In this document: piece after piece, positions 47,188-61,570 of the stretch
Numbering within the stretch: position 1 is the first letter of the stretch
Layout: each line of letters starts with the position of its first letter
Source: Camelus dromedarius
Taxonomy: Eukaryota
Length of the DNA stretch: 64,000 nucleotides
Direction: 5' to 3'
Assembly: GCF_036321535.1 (NCBI RefSeq)
Contig: NC_087436.1
Span: 2,356,001-2,420,000, forward strand
Made by a program: the position numbers and the translations under genes
Notes under the pieces: model-generated
What the model saw: only the letters and a program-made list of their open reading frames with translations
Databases searched by the model: none
What the model was told of the DNA's origin: nothing

Positions 47188-50100
47188 GCAGTTTTCACTG
47201 TACAACCGAGTTGGTGCTTGTACCTCCCCATATATATGTATGGAGTGGAGTTTCAAGTGAAAAGAAACTTTGTGTTCCCAAGAGGCTAGGTGAAGGACGG
47301 CTTTCACACACACTTATCTCTCAGAACTGAGCATGTGTAGAGAGCTTCGTTCATCTAGGACAAAGGGAACGGTTTGCAGGAGAAACTATTCTTTGTTATC
47401 TCATTCTGTTTCCTAGTGCCGGTTTGAAGTTCCTGCAGTTTTCACTGTAAAACCGAGTTGGAGCTAGTACCTCCCCATATATATGTATGGAGTGGAGTTT
47501 GCATCTGAAAAGATACTTTGTGTTCCCAAAAAGCTAGGTGAAGGACGGCTTCTCACACACTTATCTCACAGAACTGAGCATGTGGAGAGACGTTCGTTCA
47601 TCTAGCACAAAGGGAACGGGTTGCAGGAGAAATATTTACTCTGGTTTCTCAGTCTGTTTCCTAGTGCCGGTTTGAAGTTCCTGCAGTTTCCACTGTAAAA
47701 CATAGTTGGAGCTTGTACCTCCCCATATATATATATGGAGTGGAGTTTGCAAGTGAAAAGAAACTTTGTGTTCCCAACAAGCTAGGTGAAGGACGGCTTA
47801 AAAACACACTTATCTCTTAGAACTGAGCATGTGGAGAGAAGTTCGTTCATCTAGCAAAAAGGGAACGGGTTGCAGGAGAAACTTTACTCTGGTTTCTAAG
47901 TCTGTTTCCTAGTGCCAGTTTGAAGTTCCTGCAGTTTTCACTGTAAAACCGAGTTGGAGCTAGTACCTCCCCATATATAGGTATAGAGTTTAGTATGCAA
48001 GTGTAAAGAAACTTTGTGTTCCCAACAAGCTAGGTGAAGGACGGCTTTCACACACAATTATCTCTCAGAACTCAGCATGTGGAGAGACGTTCGTTCATGT
48101 AGCACAAAGGGAACGGGTTGCAGTTTAAACTTTTACTCATTTTTCTCAGTCTGTTGCTTAGTGCCGGTTTGAAGTTCCTGCAGTTATCACTGTAAAACCG
48201 AGTTGGAGCTAGTTCTTCCCCATATATATGTATAGAGTGGAGTTTGCAAGTGAAAAGAAACTTTGTGTTAGCAACAAGCTAGGTGAAGTACGGCTTTCAC
48301 ACACAATTATCTCTCAGAACTGAGCAAGTGGAGAGACGTTCGTTCATCTAGCACAAAGGGAACGGGTTGCAGGAGAAACTTTTTCTCTGGTTTCTCAGTC
48401 TGTTTCCTGTTGCCGGTTTAAAGTTCCTGCAGTTTTCACTGTAAAACCGAGTTGGAGCTAGTACCTCCCCATATATATGTATGGAGTGGAGTTTGCAAAT
48501 GAAAAGAAACTTTGTGTTCCCAAGAAGCTAGGTGAAGGACGGCTTTCACACACACTTATCTCTCAGAACTGAGCATGTGGAGAGACGTTCGTTCATCTAG
48601 TTCAAAGGGAACGGGTTGCAGGAGAAACATTTACTCTGGTTTCTCAGTGTGTTTCCTAGTGCCGGTTTTAAGTTCCTGCAGTTTTCACTGTAAAACAGAG
48701 TTGGAGCTATTACCTCCCCAAATATATGTATGGATTGGAGATTGCAAGTGAAAAGAAACTTTGTGTTCCCAACAAGCTACGTGAAGGACGGCTTTCACAC
48801 AAACTTATCTCTCAGAACTCAGCATGTGGAGAGACGTTCGTTCATCTAGCGCAAATGGAACGTGTTGCAGGAGAAACTTTTACTCATTTTTCTCAGTCTG
48901 TTTCCTAGTGCCGGTTTGAAGTTCCTGCAGTTTTCACTGTAAAACCGTGTTTGAGCTAGTACCTACCCATATATATGTATAGAGTGGAGTTGGCAAGTGA
49001 AAAGAATCTTTGGGTTCCCAACAAGCTAGGTGAAAGGACGGATTTCACAGACACTTATCTCTCAGAACTGAGCATGTGGAGAGACGTTCGTTCATCTAGC
49101 ACAAAGGGAACGGTTTGCAGGAGAAACTTTTTTTGTGGTTTCTCAGTCTGTTTCCTGTTGCCGGTTTGAAGTACCTGCAGTTTTCACTGTACAACCGAGT
49201 TGGTGCTTGTACCTCCCCATATATATGTATGGAGTGGAGTTTCAAGTGAAAAGAAACTTTGTGTTCCCAAGAGGCTAGGTGAAGGACGGCTTTCACACAC
49301 ACTTATCTCTCAGAACTGAGCATGTGTAGAGAGCTTCGTTCATCTAGGACAAAGGGAACGGTTTGCAGGAGAAACTATTCTTTGTTATCTCATTCTGTTT
49401 CCTAGTGCCTGTTTGAAGTTCCTGCAGTTTTCACTGTAAAACCGAGTTGGAGCTAGTACCTCCCCATATATATGTATGGAGTGGAGTTTGCATCTGAAAA
49501 GATACTTTGTGTTCCCAAAAAGCTAGGTGAAGGACGGCTTCTCACACACTTATCTCACAGAACTGAGCATGTGGAGAGACGTTCGTTCATCTAGCACAAA
49601 GGGAACGGGTTGCAGGAGAAATATTTACTCTGGTTTCTCAGTCTGTTTCCTAGTGCCGGTTTGAAGTTCCTGCAGTTTCCACTGTAAAACATAGTTGGAG
49701 CTTGTACCTCCCCATATATATATATGGAGTGGAGTTTGCAAGTGAAAAGAAACTTTGTGTTCCCAACAAGCTAGGTGAAGGACGGCTTAAAAACACACTT
49801 ATCTCTTAGAACTGAGCATGTGGAGAGAAGTTCGTTCATCTAGCAAAAAGGGAACGGGTTGCAGGAGAAACTTTACTCTGGTTTCTAAGTCTGTTTCCTA
49901 GTGCCAGTTTGAAGTTCCTGCAGTTTTCACTGTAAAACCGAGTTGGAGCTAGTACCTCCCCATATATAGGTATAGAGTTTAGTATGCAAGTGTAAAGAAA
50001 CTTTGTGTTCCCAACAAGCTAGGTGAAGGACGGCTTTCACACACAATTATCTCTCAGAACTCAGCATGTGGAGAGACGTTCGTTCATGTAGCACAAAGGG

Positions 50101-51180
50101 AACGGGTTGCAGTTTAAACTTTTACTCATTTTTCTCAGTCTGTTGCTTAGTGCCGGTTTGAAGTTCCTGCAGTTATCACTGTAAAACCGAGTTGGAGCTA
50201 GTTCTTCCCCATATATATGTATAGAGTGGAGTTTGCAAGTGAAAAGAAACTTTGTGTTAGCAACAAGCTAGGTGAAGTACGGCTTTCACACACAATTATC
50301 TCTCAGAACTGAGCAAGTGGAGAGACGTTCGTTCATCTAGCACAAAGGGAACGGGTTGCAGGAGAAACTTTTTCTCTGGTTTCTCAGTCTGTTTCCTGTT
50401 GCCGGTTTAAAGTTCCTGCAGTTTTCACTGTAAAACCGAGTTGGAGCTAGTACCTCCCCATATATATGTATGGAGTGGAGTTTGCAAATGAAAAGAAACT
50501 TTGTGTTCCCAAGAAGCTAGGTGAAGGACGGCTTTCACACACACTTATCTCTCAGAACTGAGCATGTGGAGAGACGTTCGTTCATCTAGTTCAAAGGGAA
50601 CGGGTTGCAGGAGAAACATTTACTCTGGTTTCTCAGTGTGTTTCCTAGTGCCGGTTTTAAGTTCCTGCAGTTTTCACTGTAAAACAGAGTTGGAGCTATT
50701 ACCTCCCCAAATATATGTATGGATTGGAGATTGCAAGTGAAAAGAAACTTTGTGTTCCCAACAAGCTACGTGAAGGACGGCTTTCACACAAACTTATCTC
50801 TCAGAACTCAGCATGTGGAGAGACGTTCGTTCATCTAGCGCAAATGGAACGTGTTGCAGGAGAAACTTTTACTCATTTTTCTCAGTCTGTTTCCTAGTGC
50901 CGGTTTGAAGTTCCTGCAGTTTTCACTGTAAAACCGTGTTTGAGCTAGTACCTACCCATATATATGTATAGAGTGGAGTTGGCAAGTGAAAAGAATCTTT
51001 GGGTTCCCAACAAGCTAGGTGAAAGGACGGATTTCACAGACACTTATCTCTCAGAACTGAGCATGTGGAGAGACGTTCGTTCATCTAGCACAAAGGGAAC
51101 GGTTTGCAGGAGAAACTTTTTTTGTGGTTTCTCAGTCTGTTTCCTGTTGCCGGTTTGAAGTACCTGCAGTTTTCACTGTA
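47188..51180. repeat. 8-monomer duplication (1989 bp period)
   Basis: ORF pairs 48726/50715 and 48975/50964. TACAACCGAGTTGGTGCTTG occurs at 47201 and 49190, and both copies share CTAGGACAAAG, GCTTAAAAAC and GTTAGCAAC. Confidence 0.9.
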
Positions 51181-54100
51181 AAACCGAGTTGGAGCTAGTA
51201 TGTCCCCATATATATGTATGGAGTGGTGTTTGCAACTGAAAGGAACTTTGTGTTCCCAAGAAGCTAGGTGAAGAACGTCTTTCACACACACTTTTCTCTC
51301 AGAACTGAGCATGTGGAGAGACGTTCATTCTTCTAGCACAAAGGGAACGGGTTGCAGGAGAAACTTTTACTCTGGTTTCTCAGTCTGTTTCCTATTGCCG
51401 GTTTGAAGTTCCTGCAGTTTTCACTGTAAAACCGAGTTCGAGCTTGTAACTCCCCATATATATGTATGGAGTGGATTTTCAAGTGAAAAGAAACTTTGTG
51501 TTCCCAACAAGCTACGTGAAGTACGGCTTTCACACACAATTTTCTCTCAGAACTGAGCATGTGGTGAGACGTTCGTTCATCTAGCACAAAGGGAACGGGT
51601 TGCAGGAGAAACTTTTCTCATTTTTCTCAGTCTGATTCCTAGTGCCGTTTTGAAGTTCCTGCAGTTATCACTGTAAAACCGAGTTGGAGCTAGTACTTCC
51701 CCATATATATGTATAGAGTGGAGTTTGCAAGTGAAAAGAAACTTTGGGTTCCCAACAAGCTAGGTGAAGGACGGCTTTCACACACACTTATCTCTGAGAA
51801 CTGAGCATGTGGAGAGATGTTCGTTCATCTAGCACAAAGGGAACTGGTTGCAGGGGAAATTTTTTTGTGGTTTCTCAGTCTGTTCCTGTTGCCGGTTTAA
51901 AGTTCCTGCATTTTTCACTGTAAAACCGAGTTGGAGTTAGTACGTCCCCATATATATGTATGGAGATTAGTTTGCAAGTGAAAAGTAACTTTGAGTTCCC
52001 AACAAGCTAGGTGAAGAACGTCTTTCACACACACTTATCTCTCAGAACTGAGCATGTGGAGAGACGTTCGTTCATCTAGCACAAAGGGAACGGTTTGCAG
52101 GAGAAACTTTTACTCTTTTCTCAGTCTGTTTCCTGTTGCCGGTTTGAAGTTTCTGCAGTTTTCACTGTAAAACATAGTTGGAGCTTGTACCTCCCCATAT
52201 ATATATATGGAGTGGAGTTTGCAAGTGAAAAGAAACTTTGTGTTCCCAACAAGCTAGGTGAAGGACGGCTTTCAAACACATTTATCTCTCAGAACTGAGC
52301 ATGTGGAGAGAAGTTCGTTCATCTAGCAAAAAGGGAACGGTTTGCAGGAGAAACTTTACTCTGGTTTCTAAGTCTGTTTCCTAGTGCCAGTTTGAAGTTC
52401 CTGCAGTTTTCACTGTAAAACCGAGTTGGAGCTGTAACTCCCCATATATAGGTATAGAGTTTAGTATGCAAGTGTAAAGAAACTTTGTGTTCCCAACAAG
52501 CTACGTGAAGGACGGCTTTCACACAAAATTATCTCTCAGAACTCAGCATGTGGAGAGACGTTCGTTCATCTAGTGCAAAGGGAACGTGTTGCAGGAGAAA
52601 CTTTTACTCATTTTTCTCAGTCTGTTTCCTAGTGCCGGTTTGAATTTCCTGCAGTTTTCACTGTAAAACCGTGTTTGAGCTAGTACCTACCCATATATAT
52701 GTATAGAGTGGAGTTGGCAAGTGAAAAGAAACTTTGGGTTCCCAACAAGCTAGGTGAAAGGACGGATTTCACAGACACTTATCTCTCAGAACTGAGCATG
52801 TGGAGAGACGTTCGTTCATCTAGCACAAAGGGAACGGGTTGCAGGAGAAACTTTACTCTGGTTTCTCAGTCTGTTTCCTGTTGCCGGTTTGAAGTACCTG
52901 CAGTTTTCACTGTAAAACCGAGTTGGAGCTAGTACGTCCCCATATATATGTATGCAGTGGTGTTTGCAACTGAAAGGAACATTGTGTTCCCAAGAAGCTA
53001 GGTGAAGAACGTCTTTCACACACACTTTTCTCTCAGAACTGAGCATGTGGAGAGACGTTCGTTCTTCTAGCACAAAGGGAACGGGTTGCAGGAGAAACTT
53101 TTACTCTGGTTTCTCAGTCTGTTTCCTATTGCCGGTTTGAAGTTCCTGCAGTTTTCACTGTAAAACCGAGTTCGAGCTAGTACCTCCCCTTATATATGTA
53201 TGGAGTGGATTTTCAAGTGAAAAGAAACTTTGTGTTCCCAACAAGCTACGTGAAGTACGGCTTTCACACACACTTTTCTCTCAGAACTGAGCATGTGGAG
53301 AGACGTTCGTTCATCTAGCAAAAAGGGAACGGGTTGCAGGAGAAACTTTTACTCATTTTTCTCAGTCTGTTTCCTAGTGCCGGTTTGAAGTTCCTGCATT
53401 TTTCACTGTAAAACCGAGTTTGAGCTAGTACCTACCCATATATATGTATACAGTGGAGTTTGCAAGTGAAAGGATACTTTGGGTTCCCAACAAGCTAGCT
53501 GAAAAGACGGATTTCACAGACACTAATCTCTTAGAACTGAGCATGTGGAGAGACGTTCGTTCATCTAGCACAAAGGGAACGGGTTGCAGGAGAAACTTTT
53601 TTGGGGTTTCTCAGTCTGTTTCCTAGTGCCGGTTTGAAGTTCCTGCAGTTTCCACTGTAAAACATAGTTGGAGCTTGTACCTCCCCATATATATATATGG
53701 AGTGGAGTTTGCAAGTGAAAAGAAACTTTGTGTTCCCAACAAGCTAGGTGAAGGACGGCTTAAAAACACACTTATCTCTTAGAACTGAGCATGTGGAGAG
53801 AAGTTCGTTCATCTAGCAAAAAGGGAACGGGTTGCAGGAGAAACTTTACTCTGGTTTCTAAGTCTGTTTCCTAGTGCCAGTTTGAAGTTCCTGCAGTTTT
53901 CACTGTAAAACCGAGTTGGAGCTAGTACCTCCCCATATATAGGTATAGAGTTTAGTATGCAAGTGTAAAGAAACTTTGTGTTCCCAACAAGCTAGGTGAA
54001 GGACGGCTTTCACACACAATTATCTCTCAGAACTCAGCATGTGGAGAGACGTTCGTTCATGTAGCACAAAGGGAACGGGTTGCAGTTTAAACTTTTACTC

Positions 54101-57100
54101 ATTTTTCTCAGTCTGTTGCTTAGTGCCGGTTTGAAGTTCCTGCAGTTATCACTGTAAAACCGAGTTGGAGCTAGTTCTTCCCCATATATATGTATAGAGT
54201 GGAGTTTGCAAGTGAAAAGAAACTTTGTGTTAGCAACAAGCTAGGTGAAGTACGGCTTTCACACACAATTATCTCTCAGAACTGAGCAAGTGGAGAGACG
54301 TTCGTTCATCTAGCACAAAGGGAACGGGTTGCAGGAGAAACTTTTTCTCTGGTTTCTCAGTCTGTTTCCTGTTGCCGGTTTAAAGTTCCTGCAGTTTTCA
54401 CTGTAAAACCGAGTTGGAGCTAGTACCTCCCCATATATATGTATGGAGTGGAGTTTGCAAATGAAAAGAAACTTTGTGTTCCCAAGAAGCTAGGTGAAGG
54501 ACGGCTTTCACACACACTTATCTCTCAGAACTGAGCATGTGGAGAGACGTTCGTTCATCTAGTTCAAAGGGAACGGGTTGCAGGAGAAACATTTACTCTG
54601 GTTTCTCAGTGTGTTTCCTAGTGCCGGTTTTAAGTTCCTGCAGTTTTCACTGTAAAACAGAGTTGGAGCTATTACCTCCCCAAATATATGTATGGATTGG
54701 AGATTGCAAGTGAAAAGAAACTTTGTGTTCCCAACAAGCTACGTGAAGGACGGCTTTCACACAAACTTATCTCTCAGAACTCAGCATGTGGAGAGACGTT
54801 CGTTCATCTAGCGCAAATGGAACGTGTTGCAGGAGAAACTTTTACTCATTTTTCTCAGTCTGTTTCCTAGTGCCGGTTTGAAGTTCCTGCAGTTTTCACT
54901 GTAAAACCGTGTTTGAGCTAGTACCTACCCATATATATGTATAGAGTGGAGTTGGCAAGTGAAAAGAATCTTTGGGTTCCCAACAAGCTAGGTGAAAGGA
55001 CGGATTTCACAGACACTTATCTCTCAGAACTGAGCATGTGGAGAGACGTTCGTTCATCTAGCACAAAGGGAACGGTTTGCAGGAGAAACTTTTTTTGTGG
55101 TTTCTCAGTCTGTTTCCTGTTGCCGGTTTGAAGTACCTGCAGTTTTCACTGTAAAACCGAGTTGGAGCTAGTATGTCCCCATATATATGTATGGAGTGGT
55201 GTTTGCAACTGAAAGGAACTTTGTGTTCCCAAGAAGCTAGGTGAAGAACGTCTTTCACACACACTTTTCTCTCAGAACTGAGCATGTGGAGAGACGTTCA
55301 TTCTTCTAGCACAAAGGGAACGGGTTGCAGGAGAAACTTTTACTCTGGTTTCTCAGTCTGTTTCCTATTGCCGGTTTGAAGTTCCTGCAGTTTTCACTGT
55401 AAAACCGAGTTCGAGCTTGTAACTCCCCATATATATGTATGGAGTGGATTTTCAAGTGAAAAGAAACTTTGTGTTCCCAACAAGCTACGTGAAGTACGGC
55501 TTTCACACACAATTTTCTCTCAGAACTGAGCATGTGGTGAGACGTTCGTTCATCTAGCACAAAGGGAACGGGTTGCAGGAGAAACTTTTCTCATTTTTCT
55601 CAGTCTGATTCCTAGTGCCGTTTTGAAGTTCCTGCAGTTATCACTGTAAAACCGAGTTGGAGCTAGTACTTCCCCATATATATGTATAGAGTGGAGTTTG
55701 CAAGTGAAAAGAAACTTTGGGTTCCCAACAAGCTAGGTGAAGGACGGCTTTCACACACACTTATCTCTGAGAACTGAGCATGTGGAGAGATGTTCGTTCA
55801 TCTAGCACAAAGGGAACTGGTTGCAGGGGAAATTTTTTTGTGGTTTCTCAGTCTGTTCCTGTTGCCGGTTTAAAGTTCCTGCATTTTTCACTGTAAAACC
55901 GAGTTGGAGTTAGTACGTCCCCATATATATGTATGGAGATTAGTTTGCAAGTGAAAAGTAACTTTGAGTTCCCAACAAGCTAGGTGAAGAACGTCTTTCA
56001 CACACACTTATCTCTCAGAACTGAGCATGTGGAGAGACGTTCGTTCATCTAGCACAAAGGGAACGGTTTGCAGGAGAAACTTTTACTCTTTTCTCAGTCT
56101 GTTTCCTGTTGCCGGTTTGAAGTTTCTGCAGTTTTCACTGTAAAACATAGTTGGAGCTTGTACCTCCCCATATATATATATGGAGTGGAGTTTGCAAGTG
56201 AAAAGAAACTTTGTGTTCCCAACAAGCTAGGTGAAGGACGGCTTTCAAACACATTTATCTCTCAGAACTGAGCATGTGGAGAGAAGTTCGTTCATCTAGC
56301 AAAAAGGGAACGGTTTGCAGGAGAAACTTTACTCTGGTTTCTAAGTCTGTTTCCTAGTGCCAGTTTGAAGTTCCTGCAGTTTTCACTGTAAAACCGAGTT
56401 GGAGCTGTAACTCCCCATATATAGGTATAGAGTTTAGTATGCAAGTGTAAAGAAACTTTGTGTTCCCAACAAGCTACGTGAAGGACGGCTTTCACACAAA
56501 ATTATCTCTCAGAACTCAGCATGTGGAGAGACGTTCGTTCATCTAGTGCAAAGGGAACGTGTTGCAGGAGAAACTTTTACTCATTTTTCTCAGTCTGTTT
56601 CCTAGTGCCGGTTTGAATTTCCTGCAGTTTTCACTGTAAAACCGTGTTTGAGCTAGTACCTACCCATATATATGTATAGAGTGGAGTTGGCAAGTGAAAA
56701 GAAACTTTGGGTTCCCAACAAGCTAGGTGAAAGGACGGATTTCACAGACACTTATCTCTCAGAACTGAGCATGTGGAGAGACGTTCGTTCATCTAGCACA
56801 AAGGGAACGGGTTGCAGGAGAAACTTTACTCTGGTTTCTCAGTCTGTTTCCTGTTGCCGGTTTGAAGTACCTGCAGTTTTCACTGTAAAACCGAGTTGGA
56901 GCTAGTACGTCCCCATATATATGTATGCAGTGGTGTTTGCAACTGAAAGGAACATTGTGTTCCCAAGAAGCTAGGTGAAGAACGTCTTTCACACACACTT
57001 TTCTCTCAGAACTGAGCATGTGGAGAGACGTTCGTTCTTCTAGCACAAAGGGAACGGGTTGCAGGAGAAACTTTTACTCTGGTTTCTCAGTCTGTTTCCT

Positions 57101-60100
57101 ATTGCCGGTTTGAAGTTCCTGCAGTTTTCACTGTAAAACCGAGTTCGAGCTAGTACCTCCCCTTATATATGTATGGAGTGGATTTTCAAGTGAAAAGAAA
57201 CTTTGTGTTCCCAACAAGCTACGTGAAGTACGGCTTTCACACACACTTTTCTCTCAGAACTGAGCATGTGGAGAGACGTTCGTTCATCTAGCAAAAAGGG
57301 AACGGGTTGCAGGAGAAACTTTTACTCATTTTTCTCAGTCTGTTTCCTAGTGCCGGTTTGAAGTTCCTGCATTTTTCACGGTAAAACCGAGTTTGAGCTA
57401 GTACCTACCCATATATATGTATACAGTGGAGTTTGCAAGTGAAAGGATACTTTGGGTTCCCAACAAGCTAGCTGAAAAGACGGATTTCACAGACACTAAT
57501 CTCTTAGAACTGAGCATGTGGAGAGACGTTCGTTCATCTAGCACAAAGGGAACGGGTTGCAGGAGAAACTTTTTTGGGGTTTCTCAGTCTGTTTCCTAGT
57601 GCCGGTTTGAAGTTCCTGCAGTTTCCACTGTAAAACATAGTTGGAGCTTGTACCTCCCCATATATATATATGGAGTGGAGTTTGCAAGTGAAAAGAAACT
57701 TTGTGTTCCCAACAAGCTAGGTGAAGGACGGCTTAAAAACACACTTATCTCTTAGAACTGAGCATGTGGAGAGAAGTTCGTTCATCTAGCAAAAAGGGAA
57801 CGGGTTGCAGGAGAAACTTTACTCTGGTTTCTAAGTCTGTTTCCTAGTGCCAGTTTGAAGTTCCTGCAGTTTTCACTGTAAAACCGAGTTGGAGCTAGTA
57901 CCTCCCCATATATAGGTATAGAGTTTAGTATGCAAGTGTAAAGAAACTTTGTGTTCCCAACAAGCTAGGTGAAGGACGGCTTTCACACACAATTATCTCT
58001 CAGAACTCAGCATGTGGAGAGACGTTCGTTCATGTAGCACAAAGGGAACGGGTTGCAGGTTAAACTTTTACTCATTTTTCTCAGTCTGTTGCTTAGTGCC
58101 GGTTTGAAGTTCCTGCAGTTATCACTGTAAAACCGAGTTGGAGCTAGTTCTTCCCCATATATATGTATAGAGTGGAGTTTGCAAGTGAAAAGAAACTTTG
58201 TGTTAGCAACAAGCTAGGTGAAGTACGGCTTTCACACACAATTATCTCTCAGAACTGAGCAAGTGGAGAGACGTTCGTTCATCTAGCACAAAGGGAACGG
58301 GTTGCAGGAGAAACTTTTTCTCTGGTTTCTCAGTCTGTTTCCTGTTGCCGGTTTAAAGTTCCTGCAGTTTTCACTGTAAAACCGAGTTGGAGCTAGTACC
58401 TCCCCATATATATGTATGGAGTGGAGTTTGCAAATGAAAAGAAACTTTGTGTTCCCAAGAAGCTAGGTGAAGGACGGCTTTCACACACACTTATCTCTCA
58501 GAACTGAGCATGTGGAGAGACGTTCGTTCATCTAGTTCAAAGGGAACGGGTTGCAGGAGAAACATTTACTCTGGTTTCTCAGTGTGTTTCCTAGTGCCGG
58601 TTTTAAGTTCCTGCAGTTTTCACTGTAAAACAGAGTTGGAGCTATTACCTCCCCAAATATATGTATGGATTGGAGATTGCAAGTGAAAAGAAACTTTGTG
58701 TTCCCAACAAGCTACGTGAAGGACGGCTTTCACACAAACTTATCTCTCAGAACTCAGCATGTGGAGAGACGTTCGTTCATCTAGCGCAAATGGAACGTGT
58801 TGCAGGAGAAACTTTTACTCATTTTTCTCAGTCTGTTTCCTAGTGCCGGTTTGAAGTTCCTGCAGTTTTCACTGTAAAACCGTGTTTGAGCTAGTACCTA
58901 CCCATATATATGTATAGAGTGGAGTTGGCAAGTGAAAAGAATCTTTGGGTTCCCAACAAGCTAGGTGAAAGGACGGATTTCACAGACAATTATCTCTCAG
59001 AACTGAGCATGTGGAGAGACGTTCGTTCATCTAGCACAAAGGGAACGGTTTGCAGGAGAAACTTTTTTTGTGGTTTCTCAGTCTGTTTCCTGTTGCCGGT
59101 TTGAAGTACCTGCAGTTTTCACTGTAAAACCGAGTTGGAGCTAGTATGTCCCCATATATATGTATGGAGTGGTGTTTGCAACTGAAAGGAACTTTGTGTT
59201 CCCAAGAAGCTAGGTGAAGAACGTCTTTCACACACACTTTTCTCTCAGAACTGAGCATGTGGAGAGACGTTCATTCTTCTAGCACAAAGGGAACGGGTTG
59301 CAGGAGAAACTTTTACTCTGGTTTCTCAGTCTGTTTCCTATTGCCGGTTTGAAGTTCCTGCAGTTTTCACTGTAAAACCGAGTTCGAGCTTGTAACTCCC
59401 CATATATATGTATGGAGTGGATTTTCAAGTGAAAAGAAACTTTGTGTTCCCAACAAGCTACGTGAAGTACGGCTTTCACACACAATTTTCTCTCAGAACT
59501 GAGCATGTGGTGAGACGTTCGTTCATCTAGCACAAAGGGAACGGGTTGCAGGAGAAACTTTTCTCATTTTTCTCAGTCTGATTCCTAGTGCCGTTTTGAA
59601 GTTCCTGCAGTTATCACTGTAAAACCGAGTTGGAGCTAGTACTTCCCCATATATATGTATAGAGTGGAGTTTGCAAGTGAAAAGAAACTTTGGGTTCCCA
59701 ACAAGCTAGGTGAAGGACGGCTTTCACACACACTTATCTCTGAGAACTGAGCATGTGGAGAGATGTTCGTTCATCTAGCACAAAGGGAACTGGTTGCAGG
59801 GGAAATTTTTTTGTGGTTTCTCAGTCTGTTCCTGTTGCCGGTTTAAAGTTCCTGCATTTTTCACTGTAAAACCGAGTTGGAGTTAGTACGTCCCCATATA
59901 TATGTATGGAGATTAGTTTGCAAGTGAAAAGTAACTTTGAGTTCCCAACAAGCTAGGTGAAGAACGTCTTTCACACACACTTATCTCTCAGAACTGAGCA
60001 TGTGGAGAGACGTTCGTTCATCTAGCACAAAGGGAACGGTTTGCAGGAGAAACTTTTACTCTTTTCTCAGTCTGTTTCCTGTTGCCGGTTTGAAGTTTCT

Positions 60101-61570
60101 GCAGTTTTCACTGTAAAACATAGTTGGAGCTTGTACCTCCCCATATATATATATGGAGTGGAGTTTGCAAGTGAAAAGAAACTTTGTGTTCCCAACAAGC
60201 TAGGTGAAGGACGGCTTTCAAACACATTTATCTCTCAGAACTGAGCATGTGGAGAGAAGTTCGTTCATCTAGCAAAAAGGGAACGGTTTGCAGGAGAAAC
60301 TTTACTCTGGTTTCTAAGTCTGTTTCCTAGTGCCAGTTTGAAGTTCCTGCAGTTTTCACTGTAAAACCGAGTTGGAGCTGTAACTCCCCATATATAGGTA
60401 TAGAGTTTAGTATGCAAGTGTAAAGAAACTTTGTGTTCCCAACAAGCTACGTGAAGGACGGCTTTCACACAAAATTATCTCTCAGAACTCAGCATGTGGA
60501 GAGACGTTCGTTCATCTAGTGCAAAGGGAACGTGTTGCAGGAGAAACTTTTACTCATTTTTCTCAGTCTGTTTCCTAGTGCCGGTTTGAATTTCCTGCAG
60601 TTTTCACTGTAAAACCGTGTTTGAGCTAGTACCTACCCATATATATGTATAGAGTGGAGTTGGCAAGTGAAAAGAAACTTTGGGTTCCCAACAAGCTAGG
60701 TGAAAGGACGGATTTCACAGACACTTATCTCTCAGAACTGAGCATGTGGAGAGACGTTCGTTCATCTAGCACAAAGGGAACGGGTTGCAGGAGAAACTTT
60801 ACTCTGGTTTCTCAGTCTGTTTCCTGTTGCCGGTTTGAAGTACCTGCAGTTTTCACTGTAAAACCGAGTTGGAGCTAGTACGTCCCCATATATATGTATG
60901 CAGTGGTGTTTGCAACTGAAAGGAACTTTGTGTTCCCAAGAAGCTAGGTGAAGAACGTCTTTCACACACACTTTTCTCTCAGAACTGAGCATGTGGAGAG
61001 ACGTTCGTTCTTCTAGCACAAAGGGAACGGGTTGCAGGAGAAACTTTTACTCTGGTTTCTCAGTCTGTTTCCTATTGCCGGTTTGAAGTTCCTGCAGTTT
61101 TCACTGTAAAACCGAGTTCGAGCTAGTACCTCCCCTTATATATGTATGGAGTGGATTTTCAAGTGAAAAGAAACTTTGTGTTCCCAACAAGCTACGTGAA
61201 GTACGGCTTTCACACACACTTTTCTCTCAGAACTGAGCATGTGGAGAGACGTTCGTTCATCTAGCAAAAAGGGAACGGGTTGCAGGAGAAACTTTTACTC
61301 ATTTTTCTCAGTCTGTTTCCTAGTGCCGGTTTGAAGTTCCTGCATTTTTCACTGTAAAACCGAGTTTGAGCTAGTACCTACCCATATATTTGTATACAGT
61401 GGAGTTTGCAAGTGAAAGGATACTTTGGGTTCCCAACAAGCTAGCTGAAAAGACGGATTTCACAGACACTTATCTCTTAGAACTGAGCATGTGGAGAGAC
61501 GTTCGTTCATCTAGCACAAAGGGAACGGGTTGCAGGAGAAACTTTTTTGGGGTTTCTCAGTCTGTTTCCT
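49632..61570. repeat. Higher-order repeat, 3973 bp period (16 monomers), three near-identical copies (~49632-53604, 53605-57577, 57578-61550)
   Basis: ORF triplets 50715/54688/58661, 51333/55306/59279, 52095/56068/60041, 52699/56672/60645 and 53444/57417/61390 are all spaced by 3973. Confidence 0.95.
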
